Origin: Thermodesulfobacteriota bacterium
Lineage (GTDB): Bacteria; Desulfobacterota_D; UBA1144; Nemesobacterales; UBA2774
Assembly (NCBI GenBank): GCA_965223335.1
Contig: OZ244991.1
Span: 1,600,001 to 1,664,000 of the forward strand
Direction of reading: 5' to 3'
DNA: 64,000 bases
Below, in pieces: positions 7,977 to 17,086 of the stretch; the stretch's first letter is position 1, and every line of letters begins with the position of its first letter. A program made the translations under genes and the position numbers. The notes beneath the pieces were generated by a model that had not been told where the DNA came from, searched no databases, and saw only the letters and a program-made list of their open reading frames with translations.

Positions 7977-10910
7977 ATGTCCGAAGGTAAAAAGGGTGAT
8001 ATTAAAAGAAGAGATTTTCTAAAGATACTGGGAGTAGCAGGTGGCACGGCTGCACTTGCCGGGGCTTGCTCAGAACCGGTTGAACAGATTATCCCTTATG
8101 TTATCCCTCCTGAGGGTATTATCCCGGGGATTCCAAACTGGTATGCAAGTACATGCCGCGAGTGCCCCGCAGGGTGCGGTATCGTGGTTAAAAACCGCGA
8201 AGGCCGTGCAATTAAAATAGAGGGCAATCAAAACAACCCAATCAATTTAGGTTCATCCTGTGCGCGCGGACAGTCTGCACTTCAAGGGTTGTACAACCCC
8301 GACAGGGTGCGTTCCCCGCTCATAAGAAACGATGCCGGCAAGCTACAACCTGCAGGCTGGGACAAGGCGCAAACAGACCTAACTGAAAGAATTAATGAGG
8401 CTCTAGGAAAAGCAAACTCCGGGAAAGCAGTGTTTCTCACCAATCAGATCTCCGGCTCACTCGATAAATTAATTAAAGAATGGGTCGAGGGGATTGGAGG
8501 CGAGCATTATGTCTATGAAACATTTGCTCACGAGCCGCTTAAAGAGGCCAATAAACTTGCTTTTGGAATCGATGCAATTCCTACATACAAGATTGATAAA
8601 GCGAAATATTTGCTATCGTTCGGGGCCGATTTCATCGAGACCTGGCTTTCGCCTGTCGAATACACCAAACAGTTCTCCCAGATGCACAGCTATAAAGATA
8701 AGGAGATGGGCAAGTATGTACATGTAGAACCCAGGGCCTCGCTCACTGCAGCAAGTGCGGACGATTGGATTGCGGTTAAACCCGGTACCGAAGCCGTGCT
8801 AGCGTTGTGTATAGCAAACGTGATTGTAAAAGAGGGTCTTTCATCAGCCGGTGGGGGGCTCGGAGGAGTACTCGGCAAATACGATGTCGAGCGGGTTTCT
8901 GAGATCACAGACGTCCCGGTAGAAAAAATAAAAGAGGTAGCCAAAGATTTTGCTACCATGGGCCCAAGCCTTGCTTTAGGCGGGGGCGTGTCGACCACGA
9001 CCAAAAAGGCTACAGAGACAATGGTAGCGGTGAACATACTTAACTATGTGGCGGGCAACTTAGGTGATACGATTGATTTCGGCGATGCTTTGACCATATC
9101 GGATGCCAACACCTATGAAGACATAACCGGCTTAGTCGACTCGATGACCAAGGGTGAGGTCGAAATACTATTTATATATAATGTAAACCCCTCATTCACG
9201 CTTCCCAAAGCTCTTAAATTCGACGAAGCACTTAAAAATGTTCCTACGGTAGTTAGTTTCGGGAGTTATCTGGACGAGACCTCGTCTGAGGCTCATATGA
9301 TTCTGCCCGACAACACAACATTGGAGAGCTGGGGCGATTACATCCCTAAAGCGAGTGTTCATAGCCTGATCCAGCCCATAATGAAACCGGTGTTCAACAC
9401 CAAGGCCACGGGTGATGTGCTGCTTGCAACAGCCAAGAATATCACCGGACTCGAAACGACATTTACGCAGGCCGGTTTCTATGAGTACCTCCAAGATGCA
9501 TGGAAAGAGGTATGGAGCAGTAACTCTACCGGGAAACCGTTTGATAAATTTTGGGATGAATCACTCAAGCAGGGTGGTTTCTACGACGAAGTCACACCCC
9601 GACAGGCCTCATTGAGCGGAGCAGCGGGGGGTGTGGATTTCACAGAGCCCGAGTTCGAGGGCGATGGGGAATACTACTTCATGGCTTACCCGTCTTATAG
9701 ATACTACGATGGGCGCGGTGCCAATAAACCCTGGCTCCAGGAACTTCCCGAGGCCCTATCCACAGGGGTTTGGGACTCATGGGTAGAGATGCACCCAGAG
9801 ACTGCAAAGAAATTCCGAGTAAAGATGGGCGATTTCGTATCCATAGAATCACCCCAAGGCAAGATCACCACACAGGTCTACGTGTACGAGGGTATTCGTC
9901 CCGACACTGTGGCTGTGCAGATCGGTCAGGGACACACGAGCTATGGCCGCTATGCTAAAGACAGGGGTGTTAACCCTATCGATATTCTTCCAAGTGCCAC
10001 AGATGAAAGGTCGGGAGGGTTTGCATGGTTAACCACCAAGGTTGCACTGTCCCGCACCGGCAAGAGCGCCCAGTTCGTCCAGACCCAGTACACCACTACT
10101 CAGCACGACCGTGATATTGCCCAGGCCGTAACACTAAGCGAGCTTAAGCACGGCATTCATCACGAGGAGCATCATGAACCCGATTTCTATCCCCCGCGCG
10201 AGTACGCAAGGTACAGGTGGGCTATGTCGATTGACCTCGCCAAGTGTGTGGGTTGCGGTGCATGTGTGACCTCTTGCAATGCAGAGAACAACGTGCCGTT
10301 TGTAGGCAAGGCACTTGTGGCAAAACGCCGCGATATGGCATGGATAAGGATCGAGAGATATTTCGAGAAATCCCCCGACGGCAAGTCGCAACAGACAAGG
10401 TTCCTGCCGATGACCTGCCAGCAGTGCGGCAATGCCCCCTGCGAACCTGTATGCCCTGTGTTTGCAACCTACCATAACCCCGAGGGGCTAAACGGTATGG
10501 TCTACAACCGCTGCGTGGGCACCAGGTACTGTGCTAATAACTGCACGTATAAAGTAAGAAAATTCAACTGGTTTGACTATAAATTGCCCGAGCCTCTTAA
10601 CTGGCAGCTAAATCCCGATGTAACTGTTAGGAGCAAGGGTGTCATGGAAAAATGCACCTTCTGTGTACAGAGGATTGTCTATGCGAAGGATCAGGCCAAG
10701 GATAAAAACAGGGATGTGCTTGACGGCGAAGTGCTTACAGCATGTCAGCAGGCATGCCCGGCAGATGCAATAGTATTCGGGAACCTCGAGGATAAAAAGA
10801 GCGAGGTATACAAAAAGTCACACGATGAGAGAGGCTATAGGGTTTTGGAAGTTATCAACACGCAACCTGCCATCACATATCTAAAAAAAGTTGTACGGGA
10901 TAAAGCGTAA
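7977..10910 (+). CDS. actB: Alternative complex III subunit B (molybdopterin-oxidoreductase-like domain fused to NrfC/PsrB-like Fe-S domain)
   Basis: Tat motif KRRDFLK and lipobox-like LAGAC; NKPWLQELP; C-terminal Cys clusters CVGCGACVTSC, CQQCGNAPCEPVC, CVGTRYCANNC, CTFC..CQQAC; ATG at 7977 after GGAGGAGG. Confidence 0.9.
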   Translation: MSEGKKGDIKRRDFLKILGVAGGTAALAGACSEPVEQIIPYVIPPEGIIPGIPNWYASTCRECPAGCGIVVKNREGRAIKIEGNQNNPINLGSSCARGQSALQGLYNPDRVRSPLIRNDAGKLQPAGWDKAQTDLTERINEALGKANSGKAVFLTNQISGSLDKLIKEWVEGIGGEHYVYETFAHEPLKEANKLAFGIDAIPTYKIDKAKYLLSFGADFIETWLSPVEYTKQFSQMHSYKDKEMGKYVHVEPRASLTAASADDWIAVKPGTEAVLALCIANVIVKEGLSSAGGGLGGVLGKYDVERVSEITDVPVEKIKEVAKDFATMGPSLALGGGVSTTTKKATETMVAVNILNYVAGNLGDTIDFGDALTISDANTYEDITGLVDSMTKGEVEILFIYNVNPSFTLPKALKFDEALKNVPTVVSFGSYLDETSSEAHMILPDNTTLESWGDYIPKASVHSLIQPIMKPVFNTKATGDVLLATAKNITGLETTFTQAGFYEYLQDAWKEVWSSNSTGKPFDKFWDESLKQGGFYDEVTPRQASLSGAAGGVDFTEPEFEGDGEYYFMAYPSYRYYDGRGANKPWLQELPEALSTGVWDSWVEMHPETAKKFRVKMGDFVSIESPQGKITTQVYVYEGIRPDTVAVQIGQGHTSYGRYAKDRGVNPIDILPSATDERSGGFAWLTTKVALSRTGKSAQFVQTQYTTTQHDRDIAQAVTLSELKHGIHHEEHHEPDFYPPREYARYRWAMSIDLAKCVGCGACVTSCNAENNVPFVGKALVAKRRDMAWIRIERYFEKSPDGKSQQTRFLPMTCQQCGNAPCEPVCPVFATYHNPEGLNGMVYNRCVGTRYCANNCTYKVRKFNWFDYKLPEPLNWQLNPDVTVRSKGVMEKCTFCVQRIVYAKDQAKDKNRDVLDGEVLTACQQACPADAIVFGNLEDKKSEVYKKSHDERGYRVLEVINTQPAITYLKKVVRDKA

Positions 10911-12241
10911 TGAGTGAGCAAACTTCATTAACTTATGCAAAGGTAAACGAAGATGTCATACGTATGCTCGATAAACCCAGCTTCAAATGGTGGGCGCTTT
11001 TCCTGCCTACGCTCGGTTTCGTAGGGTTTGGACTCTTTTGTTTTCTATATCAGGTGTACGTAGGGCTGGGTGTGGCCGGTTACCGCCACCCGGTGTTTTG
11101 GGGTGTATATATCACCGATTTTGTGTTTTGGGTCGGTATAGCCCACTCAGGCACTCTGATCTCAGCAATTCTATATCTATTTAGAGCAAGGTTTAGGATG
11201 TCTATCTACAGGATAGCCGAGGGGATGACCGTGTTTGCTGTTTTGACCGCGGGTCTCTTCCCCATAATCCACCTCGGTAGACCTTGGAATTTCTACTGGC
11301 TTTTCCCCTATCCTAACCAAAGGGAACTATGGATCAATTTCAAGTCACCGTTGGTCTGGGATGTTTTTGCCGTAAGCACTTACCTTACGGTAAGCTCCGT
11401 GTTCTTTTTTGTCGGCATGATCCCCGACATTGCCGCGATTAGGGATAAAGTAACAGAAGTGCCGCGTAAGATTATGTATTCAATAATGTCTTTGGGATGG
11501 AAGGGGACCAACTGGGAGTGGCTCCACTACACCAGGGCCTATCTGTTCTTTGCAGCGTTTGCTACCCCGCTTGTGCTCTCAGTGCATAGCGTGGTGTCAT
11601 GGGACTTTGCCATGGCAAACCTGCCGGGTTGGCACACGACCATTTTCGCACCTTATTTCGTTGCCGGTGCTATATTCTCTGGGCTCGGTATGGTGATCAC
11701 ACTCACCGTTCCTATAAGAAAGATATTCCATCTCGAGGAGTACATCACACTCGATAACTACGATGGGATGGCAAAGCTCATCATACTCACCTCTTCGATA
11801 GTAGGCTATGCCTACGGGGTCGAGTTCTTTATGGCTTGGTACAGCGGAAGCCCTGCGGAGTGGGGACAGTTCGTGTATAGGGCTACGGGTGAGTACGCGT
11901 TTTTCTACTGGGTGATGGTGGTATGCAACGTGCTTATACCGTTACCGCTTTGGTTTAGGAGTGTACGCAGAAATATTAAAGTGCTTTTCATAATCTCGAT
12001 ATTCATAAACATAGGTATGTGGTTCGAAAGGTTTAATATCATTGTGCTTTCACTCTCGCACGGGTTCGACCCGGCGGCGTGGGGTATTTACAAGCCCTCT
12101 TGGGTCGAGATAGGTATCACGGTAGGCAGTTTTGCATGGTTCTTTATGTTCTTCCTGCTGTTCCTAAAAACACTGCCGGCGGTGTCGATTGCCGAGATGA
12201 AGGAAATACTTCCTGTTCCGAGGAAGGAGGCTAAAACGTAA
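10910..12241 (+). CDS. actC: Alternative complex III quinol-binding membrane subunit (NrfD/PsrC family)
   Basis: FVFWVGIAHSGTLISAIL, HLGRPW, SPLVWDVFAV, SVHSVVSWDFA, GMWFERF. Confidence 0.92.
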   Translation: MSEQTSLTYAKVNEDVIRMLDKPSFKWWALFLPTLGFVGFGLFCFLYQVYVGLGVAGYRHPVFWGVYITDFVFWVGIAHSGTLISAILYLFRARFRMSIYRIAEGMTVFAVLTAGLFPIIHLGRPWNFYWLFPYPNQRELWINFKSPLVWDVFAVSTYLTVSSVFFFVGMIPDIAAIRDKVTEVPRKIMYSIMSLGWKGTNWEWLHYTRAYLFFAAFATPLVLSVHSVVSWDFAMANLPGWHTTIFAPYFVAGAIFSGLGMVITLTVPIRKIFHLEEYITLDNYDGMAKLIILTSSIVGYAYGVEFFMAWYSGSPAEWGQFVYRATGEYAFFYWVMVVCNVLIPLPLWFRSVRRNIKVLFIISIFINIGMWFERFNIIVLSLSHGFDPAAWGIYKPSWVEIGITVGSFAWFFMFFLLFLKTLPAVSIAEMKEILPVPRKEAKT

Positions 12242-12753
12242 TGAGCGATAATCAGGGAGTGCTTGGTATATACTCGTATATCGATACTACAATCAACTCT
12301 GTGAAGAAGCTTAAAGAGGCCGGGTTCACAGATCTCCGGGTTTTTTCTCCCGTACCTAACCACGAGATCGAAGAGGTTATGGACGAGCCCGAGAGCATAG
12401 TGCGGTTCTTTACACTGGGTGGTGCAATGCTGGGAGCGGCATGCGGGGTAGGTTTTACTGTGCTTACCTCGATGGACTGGCCTATATCTGTTAGTGCAAA
12501 GCCTATAGTGTCGTTGCCCCCGTACATGGTTATTGTATTTGAGCTTACGATACTGATGGGTGCTCTGGCCACTTTGATCGGACTATTGGTTAACTCGAGA
12601 CTTAGAAGAAACGTAACAAGAAATATGTACGACCCCAGATTTTCAGAGGATAAGTTCGGGGTTATGGTCACATGCCCTAAAGACAGTGTTAAGAATGTAG
12701 AGGCCATCCTCTCGTCTTCCGGGGCCGAGGAAGTAAAGTTTGAAGGGGTTTGA
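12241..12753 (+). CDS. actD: Alternative complex III subunit D (DUF3341)
   Basis: FSPVPNH, DWPISVSAKP, VFELTIL, YDPRFSEDKFG; two TM helices; operon position. Confidence 0.88.
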   Translation: MSDNQGVLGIYSYIDTTINSVKKLKEAGFTDLRVFSPVPNHEIEEVMDEPESIVRFFTLGGAMLGAACGVGFTVLTSMDWPISVSAKPIVSLPPYMVIVFELTILMGALATLIGLLVNSRLRRNVTRNMYDPRFSEDKFGVMVTCPKDSVKNVEAILSSSGAEEVKFEGV

Positions 12754-12780
12754 CCTAAATCTTACGGAGGTATAGTAGGA

Positions 12781-13347
12781 GTGTTGAGTAGAAATAGAAT
12801 AATTTGTCTCTTGCTACTAGGTGTCGGTGCCTTTGTGCTGGCTGGCAAAGCATATTCGTTCCCTTGGAACTACGACATGTGGCTCCAGCCCTCTATACTG
12901 CCGTACGAAGAACCGGTTATCTACCCGGGTCTATCGGTCTCGACCACGGGTCAGAGAATAGAGCCGCTTCCGAGAGAGGACTTTGAAGACATAACAACCA
13001 ACCCTGTAGAGGCCACCCAGGAATCACTAGCCCAGGGGGAGCAGCTCTACAACACCTTCTGCTATGTGTGCCATGGTATGGAGGGCAAGGGTGACGGCCC
13101 GGTAATAAAGAGGGGTTTTTATCCGCTAGACCTCACTTCACCGGCTGTTGTGGCCAGGACCGAAGGGTATATCTATGCCTACATACGTTACGGCGGCAAG
13201 GTAATGATGCCCAGCTACCGTGAAAGCATTACTGAGCAGGGTGCGTGGGACGTAGTGAATTATGTAAGAAAACTTCAGGGTAACACAGCTACTACACCAC
13301 AAAATAGCATTGAGGAGAATACGGAGCAAGATGGATCTGAAAATTAG
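12781..13347 (+). CDS. actE: Alternative complex III monoheme cytochrome c subunit
   Basis: Signal peptide, DMWLQP, single CYVCH, G..G.GDGP, MMPSY distal Met, W.VV.YVR.LQ. Confidence 0.85.
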   Translation: MLSRNRIICLLLLGVGAFVLAGKAYSFPWNYDMWLQPSILPYEEPVIYPGLSVSTTGQRIEPLPREDFEDITTNPVEATQESLAQGEQLYNTFCYVCHGMEGKGDGPVIKRGFYPLDLTSPAVVARTEGYIYAYIRYGGKVMMPSYRESITEQGAWDVVNYVRKLQGNTATTPQNSIEENTEQDGSEN

Positions 13348-14575
13348 AGAAGAGATTCTAGCCAAGAGGTCGGATATTCCCTCATGGTTAATAATAGTAT
13401 TTCTACTGATAGCAGTGTTAGGATTTGGTACTTTTATCGCTCAGGCTATGGGTTCCGATCCTGCCAATGCATGGCGGATTTTCCTGGTGAATTTCTTGTT
13501 TTGGACCGGCGTGGCACAGGCTGGGATTATATTTTCTTGCATACTCCGTGTAACCGATGCCCGCTGGGCAAGGCCGCTTCTTAGGATGAGCGAGGGGCTC
13601 GGGTCTTTTACCCCAATTGCTTTTATCTTGCTTATTGTTGTGTTTGTGGGGCAGGACTACCTGCTGCCTTATGCCACTGAGCACTACCACCATCCAAAGG
13701 ACGTCTGGCTTAATATGAAGTTTGTGATGGGCCGCGATATTATCGGCTATGCAATATTACTGGTTATAAGCATGGCATATCTGTATTTCTCGCTCCGCCA
13801 GGACCTCGGGGGAAGTAACGAGAGCAGTGGGCTATCGGGGTGGATTGCATCGGGGTGGAACGGTGAAGAAGACCGCGAGAAATGTTGGGGCACGCTATCA
13901 AAGCTCGCACCTGCCACGGTGCTCATATACGCACTTGTATTCAGTTTATTTGCCTGGGACCTCATGATGTCGCTTGACCCGCACTGGTTTAGCACACTTT
14001 TCGGGCCCTACTACTTCATGGCCAGCTTCGTAGCTGCAATCGGTATGACAATCGTGCTATCTGTTGTGCTAAAAAGAAGGCTCAACCTGGATGAGTATCT
14101 AAACGATCACCAGTACCATGACATAGGTAAAATGCTTCAGGGATTCTCAATATTCTGGGTGTATTTGTTTTTCTCCCAGCTGCTTCCGATCTGGTATGCG
14201 AACATGCCCGAGGAGACGGGCTTTGTAATAAAGCGTATTCAGGACGAGCCGTTTAGGTCGTTGTCCTGGGTAGTATTAACCTGCTGTTTCATATTCCCTC
14301 TTATAGCGCTCTTGCCGAGGACTCACAAGATTGTGAAGCCGATAGTAGTGTTTATAGCGGCGGTGTCGTTGACAGGGTTCTTTATAGAAAAATTCGTACT
14401 GGTTATGCCGTCTTATACAAACGTAATAGAGTTTGGAATTACCCAGATACTCATCACGCTAGGGTTCCTGGGTGCATTCTTTATGACCTTTTTCGCATTC
14501 ATGCGGGCGTTTCCGTCCATACCTGTAGGCGACCCGTTATTCGGCGGTAAAAATAGTTCGGGAGGACATCACTGA
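13331..14575 (+). CDS. actF: Alternative complex III membrane subunit F
   Basis: Polytopic; DLMMSLDPHWFSTLFG, HDIGKML, SQLLPIWYANMPEET; ATG at 13331 after GGAG. Confidence 0.88.
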   Translation: MDLKIREEILAKRSDIPSWLIIVFLLIAVLGFGTFIAQAMGSDPANAWRIFLVNFLFWTGVAQAGIIFSCILRVTDARWARPLLRMSEGLGSFTPIAFILLIVVFVGQDYLLPYATEHYHHPKDVWLNMKFVMGRDIIGYAILLVISMAYLYFSLRQDLGGSNESSGLSGWIASGWNGEEDREKCWGTLSKLAPATVLIYALVFSLFAWDLMMSLDPHWFSTLFGPYYFMASFVAAIGMTIVLSVVLKRRLNLDEYLNDHQYHDIGKMLQGFSIFWVYLFFSQLLPIWYANMPEETGFVIKRIQDEPFRSLSWVVLTCCFIFPLIALLPRTHKIVKPIVVFIAAVSLTGFFIEKFVLVMPSYTNVIEFGITQILITLGFLGAFFMTFFAFMRAFPSIPVGDPLFGGKNSSGGHH

Positions 14576-14715
14576 TGGAAGAACATCTCGATAAAATTGC
14601 TCAGGGTGTAGTTGTGGCAATTGTGTTGGGTGTGGCAGGGTTTATGTCGCTTATAGCAGCGGTGGCACTGTTTGGTCCCCACATCGCTCCTCTTATGAAC
14701 AAACTGCCCTGGTAG
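14575..14715 (+). CDS. Unannotated 46-aa single-TM protein at the end of the act operon
   Basis: MEEHLDKIAQGVVVAIVLGVAGFMSLIAAVALFGPHIAPLMNKLPW; TGATG overlap with the actF stop; GGAGG SD at 14561-14565; absent from the supplied ORF track. Confidence 0.7.
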   Translation: MEEHLDKIAQGVVVAIVLGVAGFMSLIAAVALFGPHIAPLMNKLPW

Positions 14716-14852
14716 TTTCCCGTCTTACAATCTTCTTAAACATTTAGCTAGATCAAGACTCGTTCTATTGTAACGACCGAATTCTCGTTGACATACAATC
14801 CATAAAGATGCGAGAATTATAGTCCATTTCACATTAGTCCCGGAGGTAAACA

Positions 14853-15197
14853 ATGTCAAAAGATGCTGAGATAAACTTCGTAGTCACACTCGATGAGGAC
14901 CACGTACCCGATAGTATTAAATGGAGTGCGAGTGAGTCTGAATTCAAGGGGCATAGACAGTGCGAGTCACTTCTTATCTCGATGTGGGATAAGTCAGAGA
15001 AAAACACAATGAGTATCGACCTCTGGACCAAGAAGATGGAGGTAGGCGACATGAATGCCCACTTTTACTACACTCTTATGAAAATGGCCGATACCTACCA
15101 GAACGCAACCAATAATCAGGAGCTCGCAGATTCAATCAGGGCGTTTGCAAATGATTTTGCTTCTAAGGTAAAGGAGTTCACCACCAAAGACACATAG
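14853..15197 (+). CDS. GldC-family protein
   Basis: EINFVVTLDEDHVP..I.WSA, LLISMWD, IDLWTKKM, MADTY..AT match my recollection of Bacteroidota GldC; GGAGG SD and own TTGACA at 14788. Confidence 0.75.
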   Translation: MSKDAEINFVVTLDEDHVPDSIKWSASESEFKGHRQCESLLISMWDKSEKNTMSIDLWTKKMEVGDMNAHFYYTLMKMADTYQNATNNQELADSIRAFANDFASKVKEFTTKDT

Positions 15198-15223
15198 CTA
15201 GTGAAACCAGTGCTCCCGGTGTC

Positions 15224-16153
15224 TTAAAAGGCCGACATTACCTCTTTAGCAAAGAACCTGAGTGTGTCTTGGTTCATTATATCCGAGAAGAAAATTGTGT
15301 ACTTGGTTATGCCTTTTTTCTCATTTTCCTCTATCTTGCGTATACAGTCCTCGGGTGTGCCGACTATACCGAAGCTTGCCACGTCACCGAAAAATCCGTA
15401 GCGCTTCTGTGCCTTGGGCAGCTTCTCGCCGAGCTCATGTTGGTCGTGGGCCAAAACACATACAGTCTGCTGGGAGATAGAGATATCGCCAAAGTTCCTG
15501 CCGACATCCTTGCAATGTGCTTCTAATACTTGCTTTTTTCGGTCAAAGTCCCCGGCACTTGTGGCAGGGCAGTTCCATTCATCCGCATACCTAGCCACAA
15601 CATTTAAAAGATACTTTTCCCCGGACCCTCCGATCGAGATAGAGGGGTGGGGTTTTTGAAATGGTTTCGGGTTGCAGTGGGCGTTGTTTATCTGGAAGTA
15701 TTTGCCGTTGAAGCTCGGGGATTCCTCTTGCCACATGGATCTTATAATCTGAGCCGACTCTGCCAGTTGTTCTATACGAGTTACAGTGTTTGGGAACTCA
15801 TAGCCATATGCCTTGTACTCGGTCTCGAACCATCCCGCACCCAGCGCAAACTCGAGCCTGCCTCCGCTTATTACATCCAGTGTCGCACCCATCTTGGCCA
15901 AAAGTGCCGGGGGTCTAAACGAGTTGCACAGCACCATTGTGCCGAGTTTGATGTTTGATGTGACGGTAGCCAGTGAGGCCATCAGAGTCCATGCCTCGTA
16001 TATATCCATCTTAATATCGCCCATGCCTAGTATATGGTCATAGAACCAGACGGAATGGTACCCTAGGCTGTCACATAACTCTGCGGTCTCGCGTATGTCT
16101 GAAAAATCGATTTTTTGCTGCCTTAGCATAACCCCAAAATCTATTCTGCTCAT
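15224..16153 (-). CDS. LLM-class (luciferase-like) flavin- or F420-dependent oxidoreductase
   Basis: VWFYDH, RPPALLAKMGATLDVISGGRLEFALGAGW, PKPFQKPHP, GGSGEK, ARYADEWN. Confidence 0.9.
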   Translation of the reverse strand: MSRIDFGVMLRQQKIDFSDIRETAELCDSLGYHSVWFYDHILGMGDIKMDIYEAWTLMASLATVTSNIKLGTMVLCNSFRPPALLAKMGATLDVISGGRLEFALGAGWFETEYKAYGYEFPNTVTRIEQLAESAQIIRSMWQEESPSFNGKYFQINNAHCNPKPFQKPHPSISIGGSGEKYLLNVVARYADEWNCPATSAGDFDRKKQVLEAHCKDVGRNFGDISISQQTVCVLAHDQHELGEKLPKAQKRYGFFGDVASFGIVGTPEDCIRKIEENEKKGITKYTIFFSDIMNQDTLRFFAKEVMSAF

Positions 16154-16352
16154 TGCACACACCTTTTATGGCTAGAATTTAAATGTCACACAATTTAACA
16201 GAGCAATTAAATAGAATCAAATTGTCTGTATCTCCCAACGGTTGTCATTAGTTTGCGGAAGTTAGAAAACATTGGTTGTTTAAACGGTTTGACAGCCCTC
16301 GATCGATAATATAACTTAACAATCCGTCCATAGATAATTTCGAGGAGGTATT

Positions 16353-17027
16353 ATGATGACAGGTTTATTGAAACCCAAGAAAATGTGGAATTCGGGGATA
16401 TTTAATTTAGCAATTATGCTGATTTTGCTAAGCGGTGTAGCACTTGTGATTGGATGTAAAGACAAGAAGGAAGGTCCCACTGAAAGCCCTGGGACCGAGA
16501 CCAAAGAACAAATAAGTACTGAAGGAGGGAACCCTGTGGTAGTAATAACAACGACTCTAGGCGATATAAAACTCGAGCTTGATAAAGAAAAGGCTCCGAT
16601 TACCGTAGACAATTTCATAAGCTACGTAAATGACGGTTTTTATAACGGCACGATTTTTCACCGTGTCATACCTAACTTTATGGTTCAGGGTGGGGGTTTT
16701 ACAGAGGATATGGCACAGAAACCCACTAAGGACCCGATCAAAAACGAGGCCGATAACGGCCTTGGTAACGATAGGGGAACTATCGCTATGGCGCGTACAC
16801 AGGCCGTCGACAGCGCAACTGCCCAGTTCTATATAAACGTTGTCGATAATGACTTTTTAAACCACGGCAAGCGCGATTTCGGCTATGCTGTGTTCGGCAA
16901 GGTAGTCGAGGGAATGGATGTGGTGGATAAAATAGCTGCGGCCAAAACTGCTAACAAGGGTATGCACCAGGGTGTGCCCGAAGAGGCTGTTAAGATCGAG
17001 TCTGTGACAGTTGTCGAGTCGGAATAA
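16353..17027 (+). CDS. Cyclophilin-type peptidyl-prolyl isomerase, probable lipoprotein
   Basis: [39 protein letters not shown]; lipobox-like VIGC. Confidence 0.93.
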   Translation: MMTGLLKPKKMWNSGIFNLAIMLILLSGVALVIGCKDKKEGPTESPGTETKEQISTEGGNPVVVITTTLGDIKLELDKEKAPITVDNFISYVNDGFYNGTIFHRVIPNFMVQGGGFTEDMAQKPTKDPIKNEADNGLGNDRGTIAMARTQAVDSATAQFYINVVDNDFLNHGKRDFGYAVFGKVVEGMDVVDKIAAAKTANKGMHQGVPEEAVKIESVTVVESE

Positions 17028-17086
17028 CACGAGTTCTGTTCGGTTACGGAACGTTACAAACCGGTGAGTTGGCAAACTCCACATTT

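Noticed and set aside
7397..14575. Polysulfide/DMSO reductase or Qrc assignment for the act cluster
   Set aside because: The fused B subunit plus DUF3341, monoheme cytochrome and second NrfD-like subunit in A-B-C-D-E-F order fit ACIII better.
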